Assembly (NCBI GenBank): GCA_963827655.1
Contig: CAWHCF010000043.1
Location: 32,001-96,000 of the forward strand
Direction of reading: 5' to 3'
Length of the DNA stretch: 64,000 nt
Source of the DNA: an uncultured Acidobacteriota bacterium
GTDB taxonomy: Bacteria > Acidobacteriota > UBA6911
This document shows, piece by piece, positions 10,701-21,020 of the stretch. The translations under genes and the position numbers were made by a program. The notes below the pieces were generated by a model. It was given only the letters and a program-made list of their open reading frames with translations. It did not search any database and was not told where the DNA came from. How positions within the stretch are numbered: the first letter of the stretch is position 1; each line of letters starts with the position of its first letter.

Positions 10701-11084
10701 CTGGACCGTGTCGGCGATTTGTCCAACCTGGAGGCTGATATCGATGCGCGCAACCTGATTTACTTGAAGAACAATCCCTTCCTGAAGGAACTTCTTGAAG
10801 CCTGTTATTTCCGCGCTGACAGAGTATGTCCCCGGATTGAGAGCTGGAATGACGTAGTTCCCGGTTTCGTTACTGATAGTCGACTGGGAAGTATTTCGTG
10901 CCGTGTTGGTGACTGTAATGCTAACGCCGGGCAAAACAGCACCGCTGCTATCGCGGACTGTCCCGGTCAGAGTGGCGCTGGACGTCTGCGCCAGTGCCGC
11001 GGCGGCGTTCGACAAAAAGGCCAGGCAAACGAGAGCTCCAGCACAAGCCAGAGCGCGCGCTGCGGTGTTGCGTCGACTGAACAT
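7770..11084 (-). CDS. TonB-dependent receptor (carboxypeptidase-regulatory domain type), split by two frameshifts (about 10080 and 9785)
   Basis: GTVRDSSGAVLPG, LPLNGRDY, SAEFGRSSG, KSGTN, NNWAPRFG, C-terminal RIIQFALKYYF; three consecutive ORFs join. Confidence 0.9.
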
Positions 11085-11326
11085 CCTGGTTACCTCCCTG
11101 GGTTTCTCATGAAAGAGATTAAAGCTTTCCGGTGCCGGAATGATTACAGCTCGATGAAGAATTTGTTAATCCCGCGTTCGGACGGAAGATTGCTCGCGCC
11201 CGCTACCTTGGGAACCAGCACTGATGGCCCCACGGTAGACAGAGAGCGCTCACAAATTTCCTGCCAGGGATTGTATGGAAGCGCCGTACCAAAGATTAGT
11301 AAGGGACGGCAAAGCGGTCAAGGGGA

Positions 11327-11419
11327 ATTGACGATTGACGATTGGCGACTATCGTGGATTAGTGCTCTGGCGTAGCCGCTCTCGCCAATCGTCAATCGTA
11401 AATCGTCAATCGTCAATCG
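11327..11419. repeat. MITE-like palindromic element: (GACGATT)n - core - (AATCGTC)n
   Basis: Inverted heptamer arms; core GTGGATTAGTGCTCTGGCGT shared 19/20 with the 14215-14314 copy. Confidence 0.85.
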
Positions 11420-14024
11420 CGTGGCCCTGGAGCAGCCAGATGTCGGACTTCCGGACGCCGACTGACATCGCGAACCGCGTGCCATCCGGGTGTAGGCTGA
11501 ATCCTTTGACGGTGGCCGTTCCCGGGATAGCCAGATCGAGTTGCTTTTGCTCTTTCCCGCTGGTGACCTCGATCAGCGCGACCACCCACTTCCGGCCACC
11601 GAGATTCCGCACCGCGTACAAGATCGACCCGTCTTTGGAAAACCCATAGGCCTCCGGGCGGTACGTTGTGAGCTGCCGAATTTCTCCGCCATGCGGTGAA
11701 ACCACGTGCAGGTTGCCCTCTTCGTTGCGGAAGCAAATCCAACGGTCGCTGGGAGACCATGGGTGTTCGCTGCCTGCGGTTGCTGCATCGGGAACCAGAA
11801 CGACCGGCGCTCCCCCGCCGAAGGGAACCTTCACCAATTCCCACTTGCCTGCTCGCAGACGCCGGTAGGCGATCCAGCTCCCATCCGGGGACCACGAAGG
11901 CCCGTGCTGGTCCTCGGTCTCGGAATCGAGTCGCACGGCCCTGCCGCCGGCGATGGGCGAGATCCAGATCGTGTGCTGCGACCCGTAGACATCGTACGCA
12001 ATCCTCTGGCCGTCCGGTGAGAAGACGGGCCTCTCCAGCCGATTCCAATCCGACGACTCCTGTGAATTCGCTGTGACCAACGGCCGAGCCCAACCCTCCT
12101 GCACGCTCCTCAACCACAGTTCGACCGTGCCGCCGGCGTTGGTTGAGTACACATATTGCCCGCCGGAAGGAGCCCAGGCGGGAAACTCCTCGTTGCGCGC
12201 CGTCGCGAGAAGGGGGCGCACGGGGTCTCCGTTCAACGGCGCTTCCACAAGATCGAACTCCAGACTACCTGAGGCGAATGCGATCTGGGTGCCGTCCGGC
12301 GAGACAGAGGGAAAATTCTCTTCGGAGGTGCTCGAAGTGACTCGCCGGATGGTGCTGTTTTCGGTATCGCCCATGTAAAGATGCGTGCCCGAGCCCCCGG
12401 GCATGTTCGCGCCGAAGACAATGTGACGGCTGTCGGGCATCCAAACCACACGCTGGATCGCCGCGGAGGTGTTCAAGGATGCCAACACCCGGCGGGGCGT
12501 TCCTGACGGATAGGGGAGAACCCAGAATTCGCCGGTCAGGCCTCCCGCGTCCCGGGACATCAACACGAGGATCTTCGAGCCGTCCGGCGCGAACTGGGGG
12601 GCGGCGGCACCCCCGGTGAACATTTCCGGAAACGGCGTCGCGCGATATTTTTGCGGCTGGGTGTCCTTATCGGTGGTGATCCAGAGACCCACGTTGCCCG
12701 TCATCCCACGCATGAAAGCCAGCACCTTCCCATTGGGCGAGACGCATCCAGCGTTGACGCGCTCCATCACCCGGTTCGCAGCGCCGCCGGCGACGCCGAC
12801 AGACCACAGATCCCCTCCCGCGTGATAGTAGATGTGAGTCCCGTCCGGCGACCAGAAAGGGTTGGTGCACGCCGAAGGGGAACTTGTAATTTGGGCAGGA
12901 GTAGGCGAATTCAGGTTCCGCACAAACACTTGTGTCACCCCGTCGATCGAGGCAACGTAGGCCAGGGCCTTGCCGTCCCGCGACCAGGCAGGCTGAGTCT
13001 CGACTTCTATTCCAGTCGCCACTGGGATGAAGCGGTAGGACGAAGGGTCCGGACCGCGGGCCGGAGTGAGCAGGTATGCCAGGAGAAAGCCGGCCGCGGC
13101 CGCCGCAGCCGCAATCCCGGCCGTCAGCGCTCCCCGGCGCGGGGCTGGCTGCGGCGCGATCTCTGCGGGTTCTTCCGCCGCATCCTCGAGCGCGATCCGG
13201 ACATCGTCAATAAGTTGAAACCGCCGGGCGGGATCTTTGCGGAGGCAGCGGGCGATGATCTTCTCCAAGTCGCGCGGCGACCCTTCAACAAGCTGGTTCA
13301 GCGGCTGCGGCTCCTTGTGCAGGATCGCCGCCAGAGTCGAAAGCGGTGACTCTCCCTCGAAGGCTCTTCGACCGGCGACCATCTCATAAAGTACAGCGCC
13401 GAAACTGAAGATGTCGCTGCGGCAGTCGATCTTCCTGCCCTCGGCTTGCTCGGGGGACATGTAGGCCACGGTGCCCAGGATGGCGCCTTCCGCGGTGCGG
13501 GCGTTCAGCGTCTCGGTGAGCGCCAGAGGGCCATCGTTCTCGCGCTCGGTGAGCTTGGCAAGACCGAAGTCGAGCACCTTGGCCCTGCCGTCCTCGGTGA
13601 TCATGACGTTGCCCGGCTTCAGATCGCGATGCACAATGCCGGCGGCGTGGGCTCGGCCCAGCGCATCCGCGATTTGAATGGCGCAGCGGATCGCTTCCGC
13701 CGGTGGAAGGCCGCGTCGCGCGATCACCTGGTGAAGCGTCCGTCCGGGGACGTACTCCATGACAATGCAACTGTGGACGCCGTCGTCCTCAATGTCGTAG
13801 ATCGTGACAATATTCGGGTGATTGAGTGCCGAAGCGGCTCGCGCCTCCTGGAAGAACCGCCGCTTGCGTTCAAAGTCAGAGACCTTGTCGGCAGGCAATA
13901 GCTTCAGGGCGACAAGGCGGTCCAGCCGTGTATCCCGGGCCTTGAAGACGACGCCCATCCCGCCTTCGCCGACCTTCTCCAAGATTTCGTAGTGGAATAG
14001 TGTCCGGCTGGTCATGGCGCTCAT
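11406..14024 (-). CDS. Ser/Thr protein kinase with TM helix and PD40/TolB-like beta-propeller
   Basis: GEGGMGVV, VALK, HRDLKPGN, DFG, YMSPEQ; repeated PxWSPDG motifs. Confidence 0.95.
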   Translation of the reverse strand: MSAMTSRTLFHYEILEKVGEGGMGVVFKARDTRLDRLVALKLLPADKVSDFERKRRFFQEARAASALNHPNIVTIYDIEDDGVHSCIVMEYVPGRTLHQVIARRGLPPAEAIRCAIQIADALGRAHAAGIVHRDLKPGNVMITEDGRAKVLDFGLAKLTERENDGPLALTETLNARTAEGAILGTVAYMSPEQAEGRKIDCRSDIFSFGAVLYEMVAGRRAFEGESPLSTLAAILHKEPQPLNQLVEGSPRDLEKIIARCLRKDPARRFQLIDDVRIALEDAAEEPAEIAPQPAPRRGALTAGIAAAAAAAGFLLAYLLTPARGPDPSSYRFIPVATGIEVETQPAWSRDGKALAYVASIDGVTQVFVRNLNSPTPAQITSSPSACTNPFWSPDGTHIYYHAGGDLWSVGVAGGAANRVMERVNAGCVSPNGKVLAFMRGMTGNVGLWITTDKDTQPQKYRATPFPEMFTGGAAAPQFAPDGSKILVLMSRDAGGLTGEFWVLPYPSGTPRRVLASLNTSAAIQRVVWMPDSRHIVFGANMPGGSGTHLYMGDTENSTIRRVTSSTSEENFPSVSPDGTQIAFASGSLEFDLVEAPLNGDPVRPLLATARNEEFPAWAPSGGQYVYSTNAGGTVELWLRSVQEGWARPLVTANSQESSDWNRLERPVFSPDGQRIAYDVYGSQHTIWISPIAGGRAVRLDSETEDQHGPSWSPDGSWIAYRRLRAGKWELVKVPFGGGAPVVLVPDAATAGSEHPWSPSDRWICFRNEEGNLHVVSPHGGEIRQLTTYRPEAYGFSKDGSILYAVRNLGGRKWVVALIEVTSGKEQKQLDLAIPGTATVKGFSLHPDGTRFAMSVGVRKSDIWLLQGHAIDD

Positions 14025-14182
14025 TTCCGCCGGGGCATCCCCGCCCGGCGACGCTCGCCTTTCTCCAAGGTACAACCTGCGCCGCGCCCGCGGCAGACCA
14101 TTATCATTGGCTTCGGCCGCAAAGATCGATGATCACTAGTTATAAGGAACTGGGTGAGAATAAGGCGGTGCGGATTCGGATT

Positions 14183-15269
14183 TCAATGGAAATCTGACCT
14201 CGGAAATCTGACCTCGATTGACGATTGACGATTTACGATTGACGATTTATGTGGATCAGTGCTCTGGCGTTCACGATCTCCAATCGTCAATCGTAAATCG
14301 TCAATCGTCAATCGCCATCGATCGGTTGCGCGATAGCACTGATCGACGATTTCAACCGAACGATAGCCGTCTTCGGCCGTCACTCCCGGTGGTTCTTCCC
14401 CCAGAATCGCCGAGATGAAGTTGGCGTCTATGGCGGCATACCCCAACTTCTCTTCCCGGCTAAGAGCGACGAAAATCGCGAACCGAGGCCGGACGATTCA
14501 GTCCGGCTGAAAGAGTCACGCGATCCATTTCGGCGGTCTCGATCGTGAAGTAACGCCCGAAAATCTCCACCCTTTCGAAGGGAAAGGCCCAGGTCGCGTG
14601 GGCACAGGACGCAAACGTAAGCGAGATGCCGGAGTCGAATTGCAGCAGGAAGGAGAAGTTGTCCGGCTCGGAGTAGACTCGCCTGGCGGCATGCCCGCGC
14701 ACACTGGATACCTCGCCGAAGAACCAGCGTGCCAGGTCGAACAGATGCAGCGGGGTTTCATACAAATACCCGCCGGTGAGAGATGTGTTACCGACCCAGA
14801 CGGGAGATTCCAGCTCGCCCCGGTTCATCTTGAAATGAGCCAGAGTGGGCTCGAGGTCTCCGGCTTTTAGCCATTCTTTTACGGCTCTATAAGCCGGGGC
14901 GAACCGGCGGTTGTGGCCGACCTGCAGAATAGTCCTGGCGTCGGAAGCGAGGTGGCGCAGGCTGCGCGCGTCGGCGAGCGATGTGGCGAAAGGCTTTTCC
15001 AGAAAGACGTGTCGGCCGTGCTTGAGAGCGCGACTTGCCGCCTGCGCGTGGAGGGTATTGGGAACCGTGACGTAAACGGCATCACTCCGTTCGAACAGTT
15101 CCTCTTCGGTCTCGGCTAGCGCGCAGTCCAATTCTTTTGCCGCTTCCTGTCCCCGCTGCCGATCGACGTCGAACACCCCGGCCAGCTCAACCCGGCGATC
15201 GCGGCGCAAAATGTGAGCGTGCACCCGCCCCATAAACCCGCCGCCCAGAATACCTGCTCGTACCGGCAT
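14183..15269 (-). CDS. Gfo/Idh/MocA oxidoreductase (inositol dehydrogenase-like), frameshift about 14475; 3' end runs into a repeat
   Basis: GGGFMG, EKP, GHNRRF; removing one T of TTTT joins to ...EEKLGYAAIDANFI..TAEDGYRSVEI. Confidence 0.85.
14215..14314. repeat. Second copy of the heptamer-armed MITE-like element, preceded by a 14-bp tandem duplication (GGAAATCTGACCTC x2, 14188-14215)
   Basis: Inverted GACGATT/AATCGTC arms; core GTGGATCAGTGCTCTGGCGT at 14251-14270. Confidence 0.85.
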
Positions 15270-15276
15270 AGTCCCC

Positions 15277-16131
15277 TTAGTGTTTCTTCGTGTCTTTGGG
15301 TCCTGGTGGTATTGGTTTATTACTTTTTCGGTTTTGCTGGTTCAAGATATCCATCAGCCGCTTCGGATAGTCGGTCTGGATGTAATCAAAGCCCATTTCT
15401 ACGGCTCGCTCCAGATTCTCGATCGTGTCATCCGGACCGAGAACGTTCACGAAGGTAGCCACCTTCAAGTTGCGCGCCTCATTAACCATTTTCTGGTTCC
15501 AATTCCTCCAGTCGCTGCTGAAACACGCGGTAGGAAACTCTCGTTTGAGCATCTGCATCATGCCCGAGGCCTGGACCCAGTCTCCCATATCAATCAAGAC
15601 GCGGAACTGCGGGTCGACCGACAGAATCTGCTTCAGAGCCAGAAGCGTATAGGGACGGAATACCACCATCGAGTGCGCGCCCAGTTCCTTCACCAGCCGT
15701 GCAGCAGGAAAGGGGTTATCCTCCTTCATGTCCAGATAAAGCTGGATCTTGCCTCGCGCCAGATCGATGGCCTCGCGCAGGGTCGGAACTCTGGTTCCGA
15801 TGAACTCCCTTTTGAAATAGGTGCCCGCGTCGAGCCTCCGGATTTGGGCCAGATTCATATCGGAGACCCGCCCTGAGCCATTTGTCGTGCGTTCCAGGGT
15901 TCCGTCGTGCATCAGGATGACTTCGCCCTCCGAGGTGTAGCGCAGATCGATTTCGGCCATGGCGCAGCCGAGCTCGATCGCCTTTTGAACGGCCGGCAGC
16001 GTGTTCTCGGGAGCTTCCAGGACCACCCCTCGATGCGCAATAACTCCGGGCCGCCGATCGGGATCGTTTGTTGCGCAGCAAAGCGCTACAAAACCGAGAG
16101 CACATCCCAAACGCGTATAAAAAAATCGCAT
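15277..16131 (-). CDS. Glycerophosphodiester phosphodiesterase family protein, exported
   Basis: IAHRG, APENT, EIDL, MHD.TLERTTNG, IQTDYP; ATG at 16131 with GGAG RBS and signal peptide. Confidence 0.92.
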   Translation of the reverse strand: MRFFYTRLGCALGFVALCCATNDPDRRPGVIAHRGVVLEAPENTLPAVQKAIELGCAMAEIDLRYTSEGEVILMHDGTLERTTNGSGRVSDMNLAQIRRLDAGTYFKREFIGTRVPTLREAIDLARGKIQLYLDMKEDNPFPAARLVKELGAHSMVVFRPYTLLALKQILSVDPQFRVLIDMGDWVQASGMMQMLKREFPTACFSSDWRNWNQKMVNEARNLKVATFVNVLGPDDTIENLERAVEMGFDYIQTDYPKRLMDILNQQNRKSNKPIPPGPKDTKKH

Positions 16132-16213
16132 GCCTGCTCCTTTTCGAAGGAGGGAAATATCCGGGCCGCCCTGTCGTCGTGGTGGCTTTTGCTTCCCGCT
16201 GACGTCTTCCGCC

Positions 16214-16243
16214 TTGACAACCCTCACCAAACCCCAATATATA
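16214..16243 (+). promoter_or_regulatory. Putative sigma70 promoter for the iolE operon
   Basis: Perfect TTGACA at 16214-16219, TATATA 18 bp downstream, ATG at 16254 (very short leader). Confidence 0.5.
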
Positions 16244-16253
16244 CCGGTCGTAA

Positions 16254-17138
16254 ATGATCCGCCTCGCGCTCAACCCCGATACTACACCGCTTTCGATTTC
16301 AGATACGCTTGTATTCAAGTCGACTGCGGAACGCGTGCGGGAAGCAGCTCAAGCCGGATTCTCCGCAGTCAATGTCGATGAAGAAGATGGGCTCACGGCC
16401 GAAGACGCCCGCCAGATCTTGCAAGAGTACAGGATGGAACCTGCTTCCGGGTTCTTCCAAGGCGCTTTCTACCTCTCGGATGAGGAAGGCCGGATCTATG
16501 ACGCGGCAATCAGCAAGGCTGAATTTGCGCGGGCGCTGGGCCAGCGTTGCATCTTCGTCAGCGCGCTGGTTTCGCCGCCTGAACGACGGGCCATCGCGGG
16601 CCGCGTCGGGCCGGACCAACCGATCTCGCTCGACGATCGTCAGTTCGAACGGATGGCGCGCCTCCTCGAACGGATCGCTCGCCTGTGGAAAGATTATGAC
16701 ATCGAGCTTTGCTATCATCCCCACGCGGCCACCTATGTCGAAGCGCCGCACGAGATCGAACGCTTGATGGAAATGACGGAACCCTCTCTGGTGCGCTTCG
16801 GGCCCGACACGGGACACATCCTCTATGGCGGAGGAGATCCGGTCCCGCAGATCCGGCGCTACTTCTCACGGCTGGGAGCGATTCATCTCAAGGATGCGAG
16901 ACGAGCCATACTCGATCGGGCACGGGTGGAGAAACTCAATTACCGCGAGGCTTGCGCTCGCGGAGTGTGGACCGAGCTGGGAACCGGCGACGTCGATTTT
17001 CCGGCTTTGTTTCACTTGCTTCAACAGAACGCGTGGTCAGGCTGGGTGATCGTCGAGACCGACCACACACAACTCGGAACTGCCCTCGAAAGCTCCATGG
17101 TTTCGCGAAAGTACTTGAGAGAAGCGTTCGGCCTATAG
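16254..17138 (+). CDS. iolE: Myo-inosose-2 dehydratase-like TIM barrel (sugar phosphate isomerase/epimerase family)
   Basis: YHPHAATYVE, DTGH, HLKD, ELGTGDVDF, GWVIVETD; context of iolB/iolD. Confidence 0.75.
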   Translation: MIRLALNPDTTPLSISDTLVFKSTAERVREAAQAGFSAVNVDEEDGLTAEDARQILQEYRMEPASGFFQGAFYLSDEEGRIYDAAISKAEFARALGQRCIFVSALVSPPERRAIAGRVGPDQPISLDDRQFERMARLLERIARLWKDYDIELCYHPHAATYVEAPHEIERLMEMTEPSLVRFGPDTGHILYGGGDPVPQIRRYFSRLGAIHLKDARRAILDRARVEKLNYREACARGVWTELGTGDVDFPALFHLLQQNAWSGWVIVETDHTQLGTALESSMVSRKYLREAFGL

Positions 17139-17151
17139 GGGAAATACTTGT

Positions 17152-17943
17152 ATGACCGTGTCGATAGTGCGAGGTGGTGCATCCAACGATTCCAACAGCG
17201 GCTATCAGCAGATCCTCTCTGCTGAACAAGAACCCCAGGTGGGGTTGACTTTCGGCGTTTGGCGACTGGAACCTGGAAGAGCAGCCACCCTGGTAGCGCG
17301 CGACTCAGAAATCGCCGCACTGGTTTTTTCGGGCTCAGGGTCGCTGGCAGTGAATGGCCATGTCATTGACTTCGACCGGCGCGAGTGGATCGAGACTGCC
17401 CCTACCGTGGTCCACTGCTGCGCCGGCGATTCCATTGAGGCCGCCAGCCGTGGTGATCAGACAGCGGAGATTTTCGTGGTTCAGGCTACGAACCCGAACC
17501 GCTTCGCTCCCCGCTTCTATCGCGCCGGCGACGTTCAAATCGAACATCGCGGCCAGGGGATCCTGCAGGACACGTGCCATCGCATCGTCCGGCTTGTCTT
17601 CGACGATACCAACGGTCCGCCGGAAAGCAAGCTCGTGCTGGGTGAAGTGGTTAACTTTGCGGGTCGATGGAGCTCCTATCCACCTCACTCGCACCCGCAA
17701 CCAGAGATCTATTACTACCGATTCAGTCCGTCGAATGGATACGGACACGGCGAGTTGGGTGATGACGTCTTCAAGATTCAGAGCGGAGACCTGCTGGCAA
17801 TCACGAAAAACCGATCGCATTGTCAGGTGAGCGCGCCCGGATACAACATGTACTATCTTTGGGCCGTCCGGCACCTGGACGGGAACCGCTACCGAGGATT
17901 CGAATTCGATCCTCAGCACGCCTGGACTCTCAATCAAAAATGA
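17152..17943 (+). CDS. iolB: 5-deoxy-glucuronate isomerase
   Basis: LGEVV...WSSYPPHSHPQPEIYYYRF, APGYNMYYLW. Confidence 0.92.
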   Translation: MTVSIVRGGASNDSNSGYQQILSAEQEPQVGLTFGVWRLEPGRAATLVARDSEIAALVFSGSGSLAVNGHVIDFDRREWIETAPTVVHCCAGDSIEAASRGDQTAEIFVVQATNPNRFAPRFYRAGDVQIEHRGQGILQDTCHRIVRLVFDDTNGPPESKLVLGEVVNFAGRWSSYPPHSHPQPEIYYYRFSPSNGYGHGELGDDVFKIQSGDLLAITKNRSHCQVSAPGYNMYYLWAVRHLDGNRYRGFEFDPQHAWTLNQK

Positions 17944-18013
17944 AGTCGATTGGCCGCGTCTTCGGATCAGAATCCGCCAAGACGCCGGGCCTCAAGTTGG
18001 AAAGGAGCACGCC

Positions 18014-19912
18014 ATGAAAGAACAACTCGACGCCGATGCCGTGGTTGCGGAATCCGCGAGCCCAATGCCGCTTCAGCGCATGACCGGAGGACAGGCCATC
18101 GTGCGTTATCTCGTCCACGAGGGGGTTTCTCACATCCTCGGAATCTTTGGCCACGGGAATGTTCAGCTCGGAGAGGCCATCGCCCAATCGCGCGACAAGA
18201 TCACGTACATACTGGTCAAGAACGAACAGAGCGCCGTGCATATTGCGGCCGCCTACGCCAAGTTGACCGGGAGACCGCTGGCTGTAACCACCTCGGTCGG
18301 ACCGGGCGCGACCAACATGGTGACCGGCGCGGCTGCCGCCAAAATCAACCGCCTGCCGGTGATTCTCTTGCCGGGCGAGGTTTTTGCGGACGGAGTCGGA
18401 CCCGTGTTGCAGCAACTGGAATCGGTGCAGGACGAGACCGTGAACTCCGCCTTGAAGCCGGTAAGCAAATACTGGTCGCGCGTGACCCGCGTCGAGCAGC
18501 TCCGCCGGAAGATGAGAGAAGCCTTCGATGCAATGCTGGAGCCCGGGAGCGAAGGTCCCGCCGTGCTCTGCCTTCCCATGGACGTGCAGGCGGAGTCGGC
18601 CGAATTCGATACCTCGCTCTATCTGGCGCCGGTCGACCGGGTCTATCCCCGGATCTGCGAAGCGCCGGAGAAAATCTCACAGGCGGCGGATCGCATCCTG
18701 GCGGCTCGTCGTCCGGTGATCATCGCCGGCGGCGGCGTGCTGCGGAGCGGCGCCCAGCGGCAGCTCGTGCTTTTCGCCGAACGGATAGGGGCGCCGGTCG
18801 TGTCGACGCAGGCCGGCATTGGAGCGATTCTGCATGATCACCCCCTCAACCTGTATTCAGCCGGACCCACCGGGACTTCGTGCGGCACCGCCATGGTGCA
18901 GCAGGCGGATCTTGTGATTGGAGTGGGCACGCGCTACAGCGATTTTACCACCAGCAATGAAACGCTCTGGGGCGCGCGTCCCGAGTTTATCAACATCAAT
19001 ATCTGCCACTTCGATGTGTCGAAGCAGCGCAGCTTCAAGCTCTGGGGGGATGCGCGCCGCACGTTGGAGGCCCTGTTGGAGGAGCTGGAAGGACGCCCCC
19101 CGGCTTTCAGGTCAAAGGGAAGCGGAACCGGATATTCCAATACCAGCGACTATTTCCACGAGATTCAGCGCTCGCTGGCCGAGTGGATGAAAATCGCCGA
19201 AAGCTGGTTATCCCGTGACCGCGTACCGATCGACCAGACCGCGGCAATCGATGTCATTAATCGCCATGTAAACCATGATTCAGTGGTCATAAACGCGGCC
19301 GGGAGCCTTCCCGGAGACCTGCATCGCTTGTGGAAGAATAAAGACCCGGAAGGCAAAGGGTATCTCATGGAGTATGGCTATTCCACGATGGGATTCGAAA
19401 TCGCCGCCGGACTTGGCGCCCGGCTTGCCATGCCACAGCGCGAGGTAATTGTAATGGTGGGAGACTCATCTTTCCTGATGGCCAGTCAGGAACTGGTGAC
19501 TGGGGTGCAGCAGCGGCTGGCGTTCACCGTGGTTGTCTTCGACAATCATGGCAATCAGAGCATTCGTCACCTCCAGCAAGGAAGCGGTTTCGAGGATTTC
19601 GCAATGGAGTTCGATCTGGCCGGCCGTCCCGGCTCGGAGTTTGTTCCCGTAGACTATTACCTGATGGCGCGGGGCATGGGGTGTCATGCTCTGCGCGCCA
19701 ACAGCCGCGATGGTCTGAAACAGGCTCTCGAAGAGGCGCGCACGGTCCGCGACCGGCCGACCGTGATTCATCTGGAATCCGAGAAAGACGATTTGATGGG
19801 TGGATATGGCGGGTGGTGGGATGTGCCCCAGCCGGAACTCGACCGCGAAGGCAAATTCAGGGAACGGCGGCGGCTCTACGAGGAACAGAAGAAAAAGCAG
19901 ATCATCCGCTAA
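18014..19912 (+). CDS. iolD: 3D-(3,5/4)-trihydroxycyclohexane-1,2-dione acylhydrolase (TPP-dependent)
   Basis: IFGHGNV, NEQ, GPGATNMVT, AAGSLPGDL, EYGYSTMGFEI, GDSSFLM. Confidence 0.95.
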   Translation: MKEQLDADAVVAESASPMPLQRMTGGQAIVRYLVHEGVSHILGIFGHGNVQLGEAIAQSRDKITYILVKNEQSAVHIAAAYAKLTGRPLAVTTSVGPGATNMVTGAAAAKINRLPVILLPGEVFADGVGPVLQQLESVQDETVNSALKPVSKYWSRVTRVEQLRRKMREAFDAMLEPGSEGPAVLCLPMDVQAESAEFDTSLYLAPVDRVYPRICEAPEKISQAADRILAARRPVIIAGGGVLRSGAQRQLVLFAERIGAPVVSTQAGIGAILHDHPLNLYSAGPTGTSCGTAMVQQADLVIGVGTRYSDFTTSNETLWGARPEFININICHFDVSKQRSFKLWGDARRTLEALLEELEGRPPAFRSKGSGTGYSNTSDYFHEIQRSLAEWMKIAESWLSRDRVPIDQTAAIDVINRHVNHDSVVINAAGSLPGDLHRLWKNKDPEGKGYLMEYGYSTMGFEIAAGLGARLAMPQREVIVMVGDSSFLMASQELVTGVQQRLAFTVVVFDNHGNQSIRHLQQGSGFEDFAMEFDLAGRPGSEFVPVDYYLMARGMGCHALRANSRDGLKQALEEARTVRDRPTVIHLESEKDDLMGGYGGWWDVPQPELDREGKFRERRRLYEEQKKKQIIR

Positions 19913-19947
19913 CCGATTGCGGATTGCAGATTGCGGATTGCGGATTG
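19913..19947. repeat. (GCGGATT)n heptamer array
   Basis: CCGATTGCGGATTGCAGATTGCGGATTGCGGATTG directly after iolD stop; related copies at 39306-39340 and 45412-45428. Confidence 0.9.
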
Positions 19948-19953
19948 AACAAC

Positions 19954-20973
19954 GTGAAGCAACACGGATTGCGAGTTGGCATCGTCGGTCTGGGGCGAAT
20001 GGGAAAGCTCCACCTGGCCAACTTGATCCACATGACCGACCGTGTGGAGGCAATTGCAGCTTGCGACTCCTGGTCAGGGGCTCGCGATGAGATTGCGGCC
20101 CGGTATGCCGTCAGTGTGTACGATGATTTCGCCACGATGATAGAGCGGGAGAAGCCCGATGCCGTCGTCATAGCGACGACACCACCCAGCCATCCTTTTC
20201 TGATCAAGGAGGCCGCCGGGCGCGGGATCCACATTCTCTGCGAAAAACCATTGGCCCTGTCGCTGCAGGACGCTTGCCAGGCGGCAGACGCGATAACCAG
20301 AGCCGAAGTTTTGTTTCAGATCGCCTTCCAGCGGCGTTTTGACCGAGCCTATCAGAAAGCGCATGAAAGAATCGCCACCGGCCAGATCGGCGATCCTATC
20401 ACCTTCAAGGCCGTGGCGCGCGATGCCGGGGAACCCAGTATCGAGTTTGCCCGTCCCGAAGTCAGTGGCGGCTTGCTGCTCGACATGGCGATTCACGACT
20501 TCGATCTGGCGCGCTGGCTTATGAACAGCGAGGTCACGCGAGTCTCGAGCGAGGGGAGCAATTTACTCTATCCTAAGCTGGCCGGCGTCGGAGACATCGA
20601 TAATGCGGTGGTGAATCTGACTTTCGCCTCCGGCGCGATCGGAAACATTGAAGCCTCGCGGACTGGAACTTACGGGTACGATATCCGCACCGAGATCGTG
20701 GGTACGAACGGAGCGGTCTATATCGGCGGCATCGAACAATCGAGTCTTGTGACGGCGCGCCGGGACGTCTTCACCCGCGATGCTGTATCGGGTTTTGAAG
20801 AGAGATTCCATGGCGCGTATCAGCGCGAGTTGAGCGCATTCCTCGACTGCGTCATAAAACAGCGCTCTCCCGAGATCGGCATCACGGAAGGACTCCGCTC
20901 GCTCGAAATCGCGCTGGCAGCGACCGAGTCACTGCGCACCGGGACGCCGGTGACCGTGCGACAAGATTCTTAG
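19954..20973 (+). CDS. iolG: Myo-inositol 2-dehydrogenase (Gfo/Idh/MocA)
   Basis: GLGRMG, CEKP, FQRRFD, SGGLLLDMAIHDFD, YGYDIRTE; GTG start inferred. Confidence 0.85.
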   Translation: MKQHGLRVGIVGLGRMGKLHLANLIHMTDRVEAIAACDSWSGARDEIAARYAVSVYDDFATMIEREKPDAVVIATTPPSHPFLIKEAAGRGIHILCEKPLALSLQDACQAADAITRAEVLFQIAFQRRFDRAYQKAHERIATGQIGDPITFKAVARDAGEPSIEFARPEVSGGLLLDMAIHDFDLARWLMNSEVTRVSSEGSNLLYPKLAGVGDIDNAVVNLTFASGAIGNIEASRTGTYGYDIRTEIVGTNGAVYIGGIEQSSLVTARRDVFTRDAVSGFEERFHGAYQRELSAFLDCVIKQRSPEIGITEGLRSLEIALAATESLRTGTPVTVRQDS

Positions 20974-21020
20974 TGTTTCTTCGTGTCTTCGGTCTTAGTG
21001 GTATTCGTTGGAGTGTGATC

